Assembly: GCA_965263185.1 (NCBI GenBank) | Contig: OZ253588.1 | Coordinates: 1,863,369-1,927,368, forward strand | DNA from: Dehalococcoidia bacterium | Lineage (GTDB): Bacteria > Chloroflexota > Dehalococcoidia > Lucifugimonadales > UBA2985 | DNA: 64,000 nucleotides | Direction: 5' to 3' | Shown here: one piece after another, positions 39,383 through 49,613 of the stretch | How the letters are laid out: each line of letters begins with the position of its first letter | Position numbering within the stretch: the first letter of the stretch is position 1 | Program-made: the position numbers and the translations under genes | The notes under the pieces: generated by a model | Seen by the model: only the letters and a program-made list of their open reading frames with translations | Database searches by the model: none | What the model was told of the DNA's origin: nothing

Positions 39383-40783
39383 CTAATCACCTATCCTATA
39401 CAAACTACCTTTACATAAACCATCATAACCCGAACGACTAAAGTACACTCGTCTATTTTCCTCAGTAAAATGTATAGTGAATGGCTCTCCTGGGACAAGC
39501 CTAACTACTTCTCCCACTTCATCACTACTTGCCCATCCGAATATATAACTCGAAGGTTGAGTCCTCAAATTCTTACCTATAGGACAATTATAATCAGCCA
39601 ACTTATCATACCCTAAAAACTCTAGTTTCCCATTCTCATCATAACCGCCCCATATAGGTATTTTATATTCATAAGTACCTGGAAGAAGATACTTTGCATC
39701 ATATCCTACTATCTTCTCTTTCCCCGTCCATAGTATACCCACAGGGAAAGTAAATAGTTCTTTCTCACACCAGCCATATCCTGGCACAATATAGTTTAGC
39801 TCTTTCTTGATTTTCTCTAACTCAGGATGAATAGGAGCTTTCGAGTTAATTTCCCCCGTAACCTCTATCCTATATATATGTCCCTGACCCAACCACTCCA
39901 TTACATCCTCTCTCCACTCTGCACAATAAATATCAAAAGGTATAGATGTAGGTTCAGGCGTAGCAGAGGGTCTAGGAGTCCTCGTTGGTGGTGGTGTAGG
40001 TGTACCAAGTAGTTCGTTAGTATCAGGTATTCTAGCGGGCTTGTTAGATCCCTCTTTTATATCAGTGCCTACGTTGTTGACAGGAATGGCGAAACCTATG
40101 CCGGCTATCGCCCTTCCTTCCCTGTCGTACTCCACCCTCGACACCACTATCCCTACCACCTGGCCGAACATGTTCAGCAACGGACCTCCGCTATTGCCCG
40201 GATTCAGCGCCGCGTCCGTTTGCAGCCTGTCGTCTCTCCTAGCCGATATGATGCCCGTGCTGACCGTAGGCTCCGCATCAGCATCCTGGAAGTAGGGGAA
40301 GCCGATGGCCACCACTTCATCCCCCACGCGTGCGTTGCTCGAGTCCCCTATGGCGATGGGCGTGAAGGACCGGTCGGAATCTATCTGAACATAGGCCAGG
40401 TCGAGCGTAGAGTGCTTGTCTATCACTCTGCCGCTGTATCTCCCTCCGGCAGCCAGGCGGACAGTTACGCTGACATCTTCATCAACCACGTGCTCATTGG
40501 TTACCACCAGGCCACTTTCATTCACGATGAACCCGCTACCGGCACCCGTGCTGGCGATAACCTGGACAATGCTGGGCAATGCATTCTCGGTTATATCGGC
40601 AACGGACAGGCCCGATGAGAGCAGGCCCTCGTTTTCAAGCGGTTCCCGTGTGGCGACAGGCGGGGTGGGAACGGCGGTGGTCCCTACAGCAGAGGGGCGC
40701 TCGATGGCAGGCGTCGCCTGGGGCGTACACGCGGCCACGGCGACAAGCAGAAAGATGGTGGGCAATAAAAGTCGGTGCAACAA
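39383..40783 (-). CDS. Lipoprotein trypsin-like (HtrA-type) serine protease with an AT-rich unknown C-terminal domain, no PDZ
   Basis: Lipobox AVAAC; GSGF, VTNEHVV, DLA, LNPGNSGGP catalytic triad. Confidence 0.85.
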   Translation of the reverse strand: MLHRLLLPTIFLLVAVAACTPQATPAIERPSAVGTTAVPTPPVATREPLENEGLLSSGLSVADITENALPSIVQVIASTGAGSGFIVNESGLVVTNEHVVDEDVSVTVRLAAGGRYSGRVIDKHSTLDLAYVQIDSDRSFTPIAIGDSSNARVGDEVVAIGFPYFQDADAEPTVSTGIISARRDDRLQTDAALNPGNSGGPLLNMFGQVVGIVVSRVEYDREGRAIAGIGFAIPVNNVGTDIKEGSNKPARIPDTNELLGTPTPPPTRTPRPSATPEPTSIPFDIYCAEWREDVMEWLGQGHIYRIEVTGEINSKAPIHPELEKIKKELNYIVPGYGWCEKELFTFPVGILWTGKEKIVGYDAKYLLPGTYEYKIPIWGGYDENGKLEFLGYDKLADYNCPIGKNLRTQPSSYIFGWASSDEVGEVVRLVPGEPFTIHFTEENRRVYFSRSGYDGLCKGSLYRIGD

Positions 40784-40800
40784 AGTTTCCTCTTTCTGTT

Positions 40801-42509
40801 AGCCGTTCAACAGGATTTCAATGACGGCGTCGGCATGCTGAAGAAGCAAAAGGGCGCTCCTCTGAATCTGGGATAATGGTTCTGGAACAGAAAACCGCCC
40901 GGAAACAAGGAGCACCCAATAGATGCTACCACAGAACAATCCCGACCGTATCCGCATAGTCTTTGACGACCACCGCTTGGTGGCCAATGCCGGCCTGCTG
41001 CTGCCGGCCACCCTGACCCAGCGCCTGGGCCTGCGGGAACTCGTCGACCATCACCTGGACCTTGGCGACGCGCCGGGCCGGGCGAACACGGGTGACAAGA
41101 TAATGACGCTGGTCGCTTCCGCGCTGGCTGGCGGCGACTGCATCGACGACGCAGATGCGCTGCGAGCCGGTGGGACGGCCGGTGTTCTCGGCTGCGTAGT
41201 CAAGGCTCCCTCCACCCTGGGCACCTTCCTGCGCAGTTTTCGCTGGGGCCACGTCCGTCAACTCGACCGCGTGAGCCGCGAGTTGCTGGCCCCGGGCCTG
41301 GAAGGCCGGAGCCGGACCCGGCGACGCACCCTTGACTATCGACCTAGATTCCACCATCTGCGAGACCTACGGGCTGGACAAGGAAGGGGCGCGACACCAT
41401 GGTTACACCGGCGCGCGGGGCTATCACCCGCTGCTGGCCGTCGCCGCCGGAACCGGCGACGTGCTGATGGCCCGGCTGCGCGAGGGCCGGGCCAACACCG
41501 CCCGCGGCGCCGCCCACTTCCTGCGTGAAACGGTGGGGCGGGTGCGCTACGCCGGAGCCAGGGGACAACTCACGGCGCGGGCCGACAGCGGCTTCTACGC
41601 TCATAGCGTGGTATCCGTCTGCCGCAAGATGGATGTCCGCTTCTCCATCACCCTCCGCCAGCACAAAAGCCTGCACAATGTCATCGAGGCCATACCTGAA
41701 GATGCCTGGACGCCCATTCCCTACTGGATGGACGGCGCCGCCGATGTGGCAGAGACCACCTATATCCCCTTCCAGAGTGAGCCCGACGCCGCGCCGGTGC
41801 GGCTCATCGTCCGGCGGGTGAAGCCCACGCCCGGTTCCCAGTTGGCCATCTTCGCCACCTACAGCTATCACGGCTTCATCACCGACCGCGATGGGGAGAT
41901 GCTGGAACTGGAGGCCGATCATCGCCGTCACGCCGAGATCGAGAATGCGATACGCGACCTCAAGTACGGTGTCGGACTGAACCACATGCCGTCCGGCCGC
42001 TTCGCCGCCAACGGCGCCTGGCTGGCGGTACAGGTGATGGCGCACAACCTGGCCCGCTGGACAGCCCGCATCGGCCTGGGTGAGCAGATCGTGACCACCA
42101 AGACCCTCAGACGACGGGTCTTTGCCTTGGCCGGACGGATCACCCGCTCGGCACGCCGATTGACCCTGCATCTTCCCCGGCGCTGGCCATGGGAGGAGCA
42201 GTTCAGCCGCGCCCTGGCCCGGCTGCGAGCCATTCCACTCCCAGCTTGACGGCGCCCTTCTGCCACTGACCCAACGTCCCCGCCAACTCGCACCAAGCAG
42301 CTCCGCGGGAGTTCCCTGCTGCCTATTCTATTGCCATCCCGCGCATCCCAGCTCCCGCAGACGGCCATTTGGGGGCCTGTGCGGTGACTGAAGACCCTCC
42401 GCCGACCTCCCATCTACCCCAATCGAGCCCAGGCCATCTCCCCTGTACCTCTCTCATCCCCCTTCTCCGGTCCTCACGCCGCCCATCCGTGTCCTTCGGT
42501 GGATTCGGG
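40801..42509 (+). mobile_element. IS1380 copy 2 (transposase 40923-42249, frameshift ~41292; variant left end)
   Basis: Split ORFs 40923-41528 and 41332-42249; right TIR at 42509; left end CCGTTCAACAGG differs from the other copies. Confidence 0.85.
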
Positions 42510-42559
42510 ATTATGTAAATCTAGTCACGAACATGGCCCCGGAATCGGACACTTCAGTG

Positions 42560-42588
42560 CGGTCTATCCCCACGTGTGTGGGGAACTC
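42560..42588 (-). CRISPR. Solitary type I-E-like CRISPR repeat (no array, no cas in window)
   Basis: GAGTTCCCCACACACGTGGGGATAGACCG (29 nt) versus E. coli GAGTTCCCCGCGCCAGCGGGGATAAACCG; palindromic stem intact. Confidence 0.75.
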
Positions 42589-42612
42589 CTGATGATCCTG
42601 GCCGCCTTCGTC

Positions 42613-42714
42613 CTAGCGGTCCTCCGGTTCTTCCGGTCCCAGCAGGTAACGCGTGAACATCAGGATGGCGTAGATGGCCTTCCGAGAAGGCTTGCGTGGT
42701 CTAGGCATCAGCAT
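42613..42714 (-). CDS. Possible 33-aa ORF ending 24 bp upstream of the solitary repeat
   Basis: MLMPRPRKPSRKAIYAILMFTRYLLGPEEPEDR*; weak RBS (GTAGGA). Confidence 0.3.
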   Translation of the reverse strand: MLMPRPRKPSRKAIYAILMFTRYLLGPEEPEDR

Positions 42715-43393
42715 TTCCTACCAGTGTGATAGCCAACCTGTACACCTTGCCCTGAGACTCAATCGGTAGTAGGGCACGCTAAAAGGGTTAGCATAAGTAG
42801 GAGCGTCATAGCCGCGTCCGTTCACCTGGAAGCGCGCCCACCTGTATCCTCTCGTGGGCTCCTGGTGGGCGTCGCTGGCAAGTTGCCGCAGGGCCCTCGT
42901 CAACTCCGAGCAAGTGAGTAGCGGCTCCGGCCCATCCGGCAGATGCGGACTGTCCCTGTTTGCTCCGGGCTGGTAGCAACACCGAGGGGGTACCAGCCCG
43001 CCCGTTGGCGATATTGCTTCCACCAGTGAGCCTCATTCCTCCACCAAGGCCTCACTGCCTCCACAGAATTGAGCCGATTCGTGCAAGTGGTGGAGGGAGT
43101 GGAAGCAGTGGAGGCAAATCCGACTTCTCTGCGGGGTGACTCGGAAGGGCAAGGAATGGGCGCTCTCGGTGTCACCTGGACCTAGCATTTCCTGCCAACG
43201 GCGTGGACGGACAGATACTTCCATCTCTGGTGTAACCCTAGCGATGCAATGCTGTGGGGTTGCATGTGGGGTTAGGGGTGAAATTACTACGAAACCATAG
43301 CCAAAACCGCCTCAGAGTGGCAGACAGGCCTCCTCTCGCTCAGCCCAAGACCCTCCATGGCGTATGACGCCGCTATTCTCCTCGCCTTGGGCT

Positions 43394-44228
43394 TCAGAAG
43401 TTTTTTGACAACATCTCCTTCAGCGCCCAGTTGTCCAACGCCTGCTGGGCCACAATATGCTTGAGTCGCCGGTTCTCATCCTCCAGGGACTTGAGCCTCT
43501 TGAGCTCGCTCACCGTCAGCCCTGCGTACTTGGCCTTCCAGTTGTAGAAGGTGGCGTCGCTCATGCCGTGCTTACGGCACAGGTCGGCTGTCCTGGCCCC
43601 CCGCATCAGCCGCTGCACCCGCTCCCGGCTTACCGGGAACCCCTGCCGGTTCAGCCAAGCCCGCATCCGCCGTGACTCATAGAAGGGGGCGCCAGGTACT
43701 GCCGGTCTATCTCCCGCATCAGCGACAGGTCCTTTCCAGAAGCCCCTTGTGACGGTAGTATATGCTGGAGCGGCTCACCCCCAGCAGGGCGCATTGCCCC
43801 ACTATCGTCAACGAGGGATGCTCTCGGTCCACCATCTCCCGCCGCCGGGCCGGGTTCATGGACCGGACCTCTCGGCCAAGAAATCCCGCTCCACCTTCAA
43901 CTGGCCAATCTCCTGGTACAACCGGGCGCCCAGAGCGGCGTCGCTCTGGGCCTTCTGGTGCTGACCATTGCCGAACACACCGGCGGCTCCCTCGGTCAGG
44001 GCCTTATTCCAGGCTTGAATCTGGCTTGGGTGGACTTCGTACCGGGCGGCCAGTTGGGCCACTGTCTCCCCCCCTTAACCGTATCCAGGGCCACCCTCGC
44101 CTTGAAGGCCGGGCTGTGTTTCCTTCTTCCTTGCGCCATGTCCTTCTCCTTCCAGACAGCAACAGCTGCCCTTAGCTTAGGAGCAGGACTCTCACTTAGC
44201 CACCTGTCCAGCTTCCTGGGTCCACCTC
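43394..44228 (-). mobile_element. Fused IS3 remnants (IS3-A-like 5' part plus IS407-like orfA fragment)
   Basis: IRL CCTGTCC..GGTCCACCTCA ending ~44228; broken orfA/orfB; ADLCRKHGMSDATFYNWKAKY. Confidence 0.75.
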
Positions 44229-44305
44229 AGTGTTTGTCATAAGCGCTATACTGGCCGTGGTCGACTGTTTTAGTTCTTGGCGACGTACCCGCTTGAAGGT
44301 GGCCA

Positions 44306-44585
44306 ATGGGTGAAAGCGCGTACGTCTGCGCCAAGCTCCGTTTCGACCGCCGTATACGATTGGAGCTCAACGGCGCCACTATTGCCTCAGATGCCGGACT
44401 GTTGGCCGGCCGGGAGCTGCATGGTGCGCTGGGAGTGATCGAGACGGCGAGTGAGTGTTTGCAGGAGACTCGGGGCGGTCGCAACGTGCAGCGCCGATTG
44501 GAGCCTCTTCTCAGGCAGTCGGTGTACAGTCGTCTGGCAGGCTGCGAGGAAACCAGCGACGCTGAACGGTTGGCCGATGACTTAA
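44306..44585 (+). pseudogene. N-terminal fragment of a different IS1380-family transposase
   Basis: MGES..LRFDRRIRLELNGATIASDAGLL..LLRQSVYSRLAG..DAERL. Confidence 0.7.
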
Positions 44586-44604
44586 CGATAGGGAGTGAAT
44601 CGAA

Positions 44605-47049
44605 ATGAGAACGCCACGCCTTTTCCTGGGAGTCTTTGCCCTTGCGCTGATTCTTCCGTTGCTGCTGGTGGCCTGCGGCGGCTCCGATGAACCGACAGAT
44701 AGGGCTGTGTCTACCCCAACGCAGGCAGCGGGCGCAACTGAACGGACGCCTTCTACGCCCGCCGAGGCCGACCCGGCTGCGACTACGGCGGCAGTGGCCG
44801 AACCGTCGCCCACGCCTGAGGACACCGCCACGCCGACAACTGCAGTGGCCGAACCGTCGCCCACGCCCAGGGCCACCGCCGTATCCCCGCTGGCACAGAC
44901 CTCGCCCGAAACGGACCGGGAAGCACTGGTCGCCCTCTATAACGCCACCGGCGGCAAAGCCTGGAGGCGCAGCTACAACTGGCTGGGCGACTTGCCGATT
45001 GGCGAGTGGTCTGGCGTCACCACTGACGACAACGGCCGCGTCACCAGACTAGATCTCAGCGATAGCGAGTTGAGCGGGGAGATACCGCCGGAGTTGGGCA
45101 ACCTCGCCAACCTGATTGGGCTGGACATCAGCGATAACGAGTTGAGCGGGGAGATACCGCCGGAGTTGGGCAACCTCGCCAACATGCAAGTGCTGACCCT
45201 TGGCGGGAACCAGTTGAGCGGGGAGATACCGCCGGAGTTGGGCAACCTCGCCAACATGGGAGTGCTGACCCTTGGCGGGAACCAGTTAAGCGGGGAAATA
45301 CCGCCGGAGTTGGGCAACCTCGCCAACCTGATTGGGCTGGGCCTCCATGACAACCAGTTGAGCGGGGAGATACCGCCGGAGTTGGGCAACCTCGCCAACC
45401 TGAAAGGGCTGTGGCTCAACGAAAACCGGTTGGGTGGGGAGATACCGCCGGAGTTGGGCAACCTCGCCAACATGGAAAGCCTGTGGCTCCACGACAACCA
45501 GTTGAGCGGAGAGATACCGCCGTGGTTGAGCGACCTCGCCAACCTGCAATGGCTGCTCCTCCACGACAACCAGTTGAGCGGGGAGATACCGCCGTGGTTG
45601 GGCGACCTCGCCAACCTGATTGGGCTGGGCCTCAACGGGAACGAGTTGAGCGGGTGCGTGCCCAGCAGTTTGTTGGGCCGGTTGGATATGGACAAATCAG
45701 ATCTAGGTGATCTCGAGTTCTGCCCTTGGCTGGCGCAGACCTCGCCCGAAACGGACCGGGAAGCGCTGGTCGCCCTCTATAACGCCACCGGCGGCAAAGC
45801 CTGGAGGCGCAGCTACAACTGGCTGGGCGACTTGCCGATTGGCGAGTGGTCTGGCGTCACCACTGACGACAACGGCCGCGTCACCAGACTAGATCTCAGC
45901 GATAGCGAGTTGAGGGGGGAGATACCTGCGGAGTTGGGAAACCTCGCCAACCTGACATGGCTGAATCTCTACGAGAACGACTTGAACGGGGAGATACCTG
46001 CGGAGCTGGGCAACCTCGCCAACCTGATATGGCTGGACCTCAGCGATAACGAGTTGAGCGGGGAGATTCCGCCGGAGTTGGGCAACCTCGCCAACCTGAT
46101 TGGGCTGGGCCTCCACGATAACGAGTTGAGCGGGGAGATTCCGCCGTGGTTGGGCGACCTCGCCAACCTGATATGGCTGCTCCTCCACGATAACGAGTTG
46201 AGCGGGGAGATACCGCCGGAGTTGGGCAACCTCGCCAACCTGATTGGGCTGGGCCTCGGCAACAACCACTTGAGCGGGTGCGTGCCCAGCAGTTTGTTGG
46301 GCCGGTTGGATATGGACAAATCAGATCTAGGTGATCTCGAGTTCTGCCCTTGGCTGGCGCAGACCTCGCCCGAAACGGACCGGGAAGCGCTGGTCGCCCT
46401 CTATAACGCCACCGGCGGCAAAGCCTGGAGGCGCAGCTACAACTGGCTGGGCGACTTGCCGATTGGCGAGTGGTCTGGCGTCACCACTGACGACAACGGC
46501 CGCGTCACCAGACTAGATCTCAGCGATAGCGAGTTGAGCGGGGAGATACCGCCGGAGTTGGGCAACCTCGCCAACCTGGAACTGCTGGACCTCAGCGATA
46601 ACGAGTTGAGCGGGGAGATACCTGCGGAGCTGGGCAACCTCGCCAACCTGATTGGGCTGGACCTTGGCGGGAACCAGTTGAGCGGGGAGATACCGCCGGA
46701 GTTGGGCAACCTCGCCAACATGCAAGCTCTGTGGCTCCACGAAAACCGGTTGGGTGGGGAGATACCGACGGAGTTGGGCAACCTCACCAACATGCAAGCT
46801 CTGTGGCTCCACGAAAACCGGTTGGGTGGGGAGATACCGCCGTGGTTGGGCGACCTCGCCAACCTGATATGGCTGCTCCTCCACGATAACGAGTTGAGTG
46901 GGGAGATACCGCCGCAGTTGGGCAACCTCGCCAACCTGGGAGTGCTCACCCTTAGCGGGAACGAGTTAAGCGGGTGCGTGCCAAGCAGTTTGTTGGGCCG
47001 GTTGGATATGGACAAATCAGATCTAGGTGATCTCGAGTTCTGCCCTTGA
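44605..47049 (+). CDS. Lipoprotein with three tandem plant-type LRR modules
   Basis: Lipobox LVAC; modules start at 44893, 45733 and 46357, each N-cap, 72-nt LRR units and C-cap DLGDLEFCP. Confidence 0.92.
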   Translation: MRTPRLFLGVFALALILPLLLVACGGSDEPTDRAVSTPTQAAGATERTPSTPAEADPAATTAAVAEPSPTPEDTATPTTAVAEPSPTPRATAVSPLAQTSPETDREALVALYNATGGKAWRRSYNWLGDLPIGEWSGVTTDDNGRVTRLDLSDSELSGEIPPELGNLANLIGLDISDNELSGEIPPELGNLANMQVLTLGGNQLSGEIPPELGNLANMGVLTLGGNQLSGEIPPELGNLANLIGLGLHDNQLSGEIPPELGNLANLKGLWLNENRLGGEIPPELGNLANMESLWLHDNQLSGEIPPWLSDLANLQWLLLHDNQLSGEIPPWLGDLANLIGLGLNGNELSGCVPSSLLGRLDMDKSDLGDLEFCPWLAQTSPETDREALVALYNATGGKAWRRSYNWLGDLPIGEWSGVTTDDNGRVTRLDLSDSELRGEIPAELGNLANLTWLNLYENDLNGEIPAELGNLANLIWLDLSDNELSGEIPPELGNLANLIGLGLHDNELSGEIPPWLGDLANLIWLLLHDNELSGEIPPELGNLANLIGLGLGNNHLSGCVPSSLLGRLDMDKSDLGDLEFCPWLAQTSPETDREALVALYNATGGKAWRRSYNWLGDLPIGEWSGVTTDDNGRVTRLDLSDSELSGEIPPELGNLANLELLDLSDNELSGEIPAELGNLANLIGLDLGGNQLSGEIPPELGNLANMQALWLHENRLGGEIPTELGNLTNMQALWLHENRLGGEIPPWLGDLANLIWLLLHDNELSGEIPPQLGNLANLGVLTLSGNELSGCVPSSLLGRLDMDKSDLGDLEFCP

Positions 47050-47292
47050 GGCCCCGGCTCACCGGGCCTGTCGCCGAGATAAATTCTTTACCATTGTTAA
47101 ACTGTAGGTACGGGCACATCGCTTCGAACACGTACGAGTGAGCGGCGCAACCCCCAGGCGCGGCAGGGGATCGGGTTACAGCAGTTCATGCAGTGCTAGA
47201 CGTTCACGACCCACAGCCCATCAGGACGCCGGAGTCTACGCAAGGTACACGTAGACCTTACGCAGGGGTGGCGTAGAATGGCCCGCTACTCC

Positions 47293-47425
47293 TCACAAGC
47301 CCGCGACCGCGGGAGTCCTTAAGGAGAATGAGCTGCCGCCAACCTCACGGCTCTCGACCCAAACCTCGCCGCCGTGGGCCTGTGCGGTGTGCTTGAGTAT
47401 GACCAGTCCCAGGCCAGTGCCTCCC
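47293..47425 (-). pseudogene. C-terminal HATPase fragment of a histidine kinase
   Basis: [28 protein letters not shown]; truncated by the IS3-B IR at 47429. Confidence 0.72.
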
Positions 47426-47471
47426 TCCTGTAGGTCGTCAGCGATAATGGGACTGCGATAATCCCACCCGG

Positions 47472-47645
47472 GCCACCTCGGCTCGGGCCTGACCCATAAT
47501 GGGACCGGCGCAATGCCCTGAATGTGATCTGTCGACTCGTTCTCGAGGCGGCCCACCAAGCCCACTGACCAGGTGAGAGTGACCTCATAGGAGCGTGGCC
47601 ATAGGCCCCCTCGCAGTCCTGTCCGCTCCCCTGGCCCGCTGGAGC
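47472..47645 (+). ncRNA. Predicted IS110 bridge RNA (target- and donor-binding loops)
   Basis: Guide-like segments at 47496-47505, 47524-47528, 47587-47596 and 47611-47619 match the target and junction sequences; each loop has an inner hairpin and outer stem. Confidence 0.8.
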
Positions 47646-48742
47646 TAATCCAGTCGAGCATGAGGAGAGATCTGTGACAGATACCAACCGCTTGGGCGCT
47701 ACCAGGGTCATTATCGGGGTCGACACACACAGAGACGAACACGTAGCCGTGGCAATTGATTGCCTTGGCGCCTGGCTGGGTCAGCGCCGGCTGCCGTCCG
47801 TTTCCAGTGGCTACGAAGCCCTCCATTGCTGGGCGTCAGGGCTAGGAGATGTAGTTGCCTTCGGAATCGAAGGCACGGGCTCCTACGGAGCAGGACTGTC
47901 AAGGTACCTTGTGAGACGTGGCAGGACCGTCATCGAGGTCAACAGGCCCGACAGGTCCACGCGCCGTAGGCTGGGTAAGAGTGACCCTGTAGATGCTGAG
48001 ATGGCAGCACGGTCTGTCCTCGCTGGAGTAGCCAGGGACTACCCAAAGTCAGGTCTCGACAGTGTGGAGATGATCCGGATGCTCAAGATCGTTAAGGACT
48101 CGGCCATCAAGGCCCGCACCCAGGCCATCAACCAGATTAGGGCGCTTATCGTCACTGCACCTCTGGAACTGAGACACGAGTTGGCCAGTCTCGATGTCTC
48201 CCGGCTTGTGGCTCGCTGTGCCAGGTTTCGACCCGGTCATCTGTCGACGCCGGCAGGGGCGGCCAAGTACTCCCTTCGACTACTGGCCGTCGTCATGGCC
48301 AACTCACCTCTGAGATTGAAGGTGTAAATGACGAGCTGTTACGCCTCACCGCAGAGACGGCTCCAGCATTGGTGGAACTCTTTGGTATCGGACCAGACAC
48401 GGCTGCCACCCTCCTGGTCACCGCAGGAGGCAATCCAGAACGACTGAGGTCTGAGGCTGCGTTCGCTGCCCTGTGTGGCGTGAACCCGGTCCCTGCCTCT
48501 TCAGGCAGGACCAACCGCCATAGACTCAATCGAGGGGGCGACCGCCAGGCCAACGCTGCACTCTATCGCATCGTCCTCGTGCGCCTCCGCTACCATGAGC
48601 CAAGCAAGGAGTATATGGGCCGTCGTACGGGCGAAGGAATGACAAAACCTGAGGTCATCCGTTGCCTCAAACGATACGTCGCTCGTCAGGTCTATTCCAT
48701 CCTGCGCGACATGGGACGCAAGAACCTGGCCGCGGCTGCAAT

Positions 48743-48762
48743 TTGACATGTATAGGAGCATC
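48743..48762 (+). promoter_or_regulatory. -35 half of the IS110 circle-junction promoter
   Basis: TTGACA (48743) joined to the left end gives exactly 17 nt before GATAAT (47457-47462). Confidence 0.78.
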
Positions 48763-49613
48763 ACGAAATGGGGTAGAAAAAGCCGAGAGGTTTGAGGTGT
48801 GGAGAGCTCCCTGGATGAGGTAGAGTACTTCAGAGAGAGGAGCAAAGATGTCCCAGGCAGAAACAACTAAAGCAGAGGCCGCTGAGGAGCGGACGGAGGA
48901 GACCAGGTCCTTCGTGCGAAGAGTCAGGACAGCAACCAGGCGCAAGTACACTCTGGAGGAAAAGATCCGTATGGTGCTGGAGGGGTTCCGCCGGGAGGTC
49001 ACTGTGAGTGACCTGTGCCGCAGGGAAGGTATCAAGCCCCACTCCTACTATGCATGGACCAAGGAGTTCATGGAGGCTGGGAAGGAGCGGTTGACCCGGG
49101 ACGCGGTGCGGGACGCCACGCAGCAGGAGGCACACCAACTCAAGAGAGAGAACGTAGAGCTGAAGCAGTTGGTGGCGGAGTTGTCCCTGGAGAGGTACCG
49201 TCTCAAAAAACGGCCATACCGATACCCCACGCCGACGCCGGTATCAACGGATGAACGCTTTGGAGAAGACGGAGGTACTTGCCAGGGTAGCCTCGTCTTC
49301 CCTGCCCAAGCGGAAGGCGCTGGGTGAGCTTGGAGTGGCCAGGAGCACATACTACCGGTGGCTCAGGCGGAAGGACCAACAAGGCCTTGAGGATGATACA
49401 GGAGGCGGCAAGCCCCCGTGGAACAGACTGACCTCCCGGGAAGTCGACTGCGTTCTGTCGGCAGCAAGGGAGATGCCGGAGCTGAGTTGCCGGCAACTGG
49501 CAGCGTGGACCACCGACAATGTGGGCTTCTCAGCCTCAGAGTATACGGTCTACCGCATCCTTCGGAGGGAGGGCCTGGTGAAGAGGCCTGAGATGCGACT
49601 GGCTGCGGGTAAG

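Larger units (their letters stand above)
47454..48762 (+). mobile_element. IS110-family element (recombinase 47674-48746, 1-bp frameshift ~48288)
   Basis: DEDD start IIGVDTHRD; C-terminal PASSGRTNRHRLNRGGDRQAN; no TIRs; removing it restores IS3-B leader spacing. Confidence 0.9.

Noticed and set aside
47230-47280. Twin hairpins GTCTACG..CGTAGAC and TACGC..GCGTA as IS200/605 or REP ends
   Set aside because: No TnpA/TnpB nearby and no other copies seen; probably a terminator for the truncated kinase gene.
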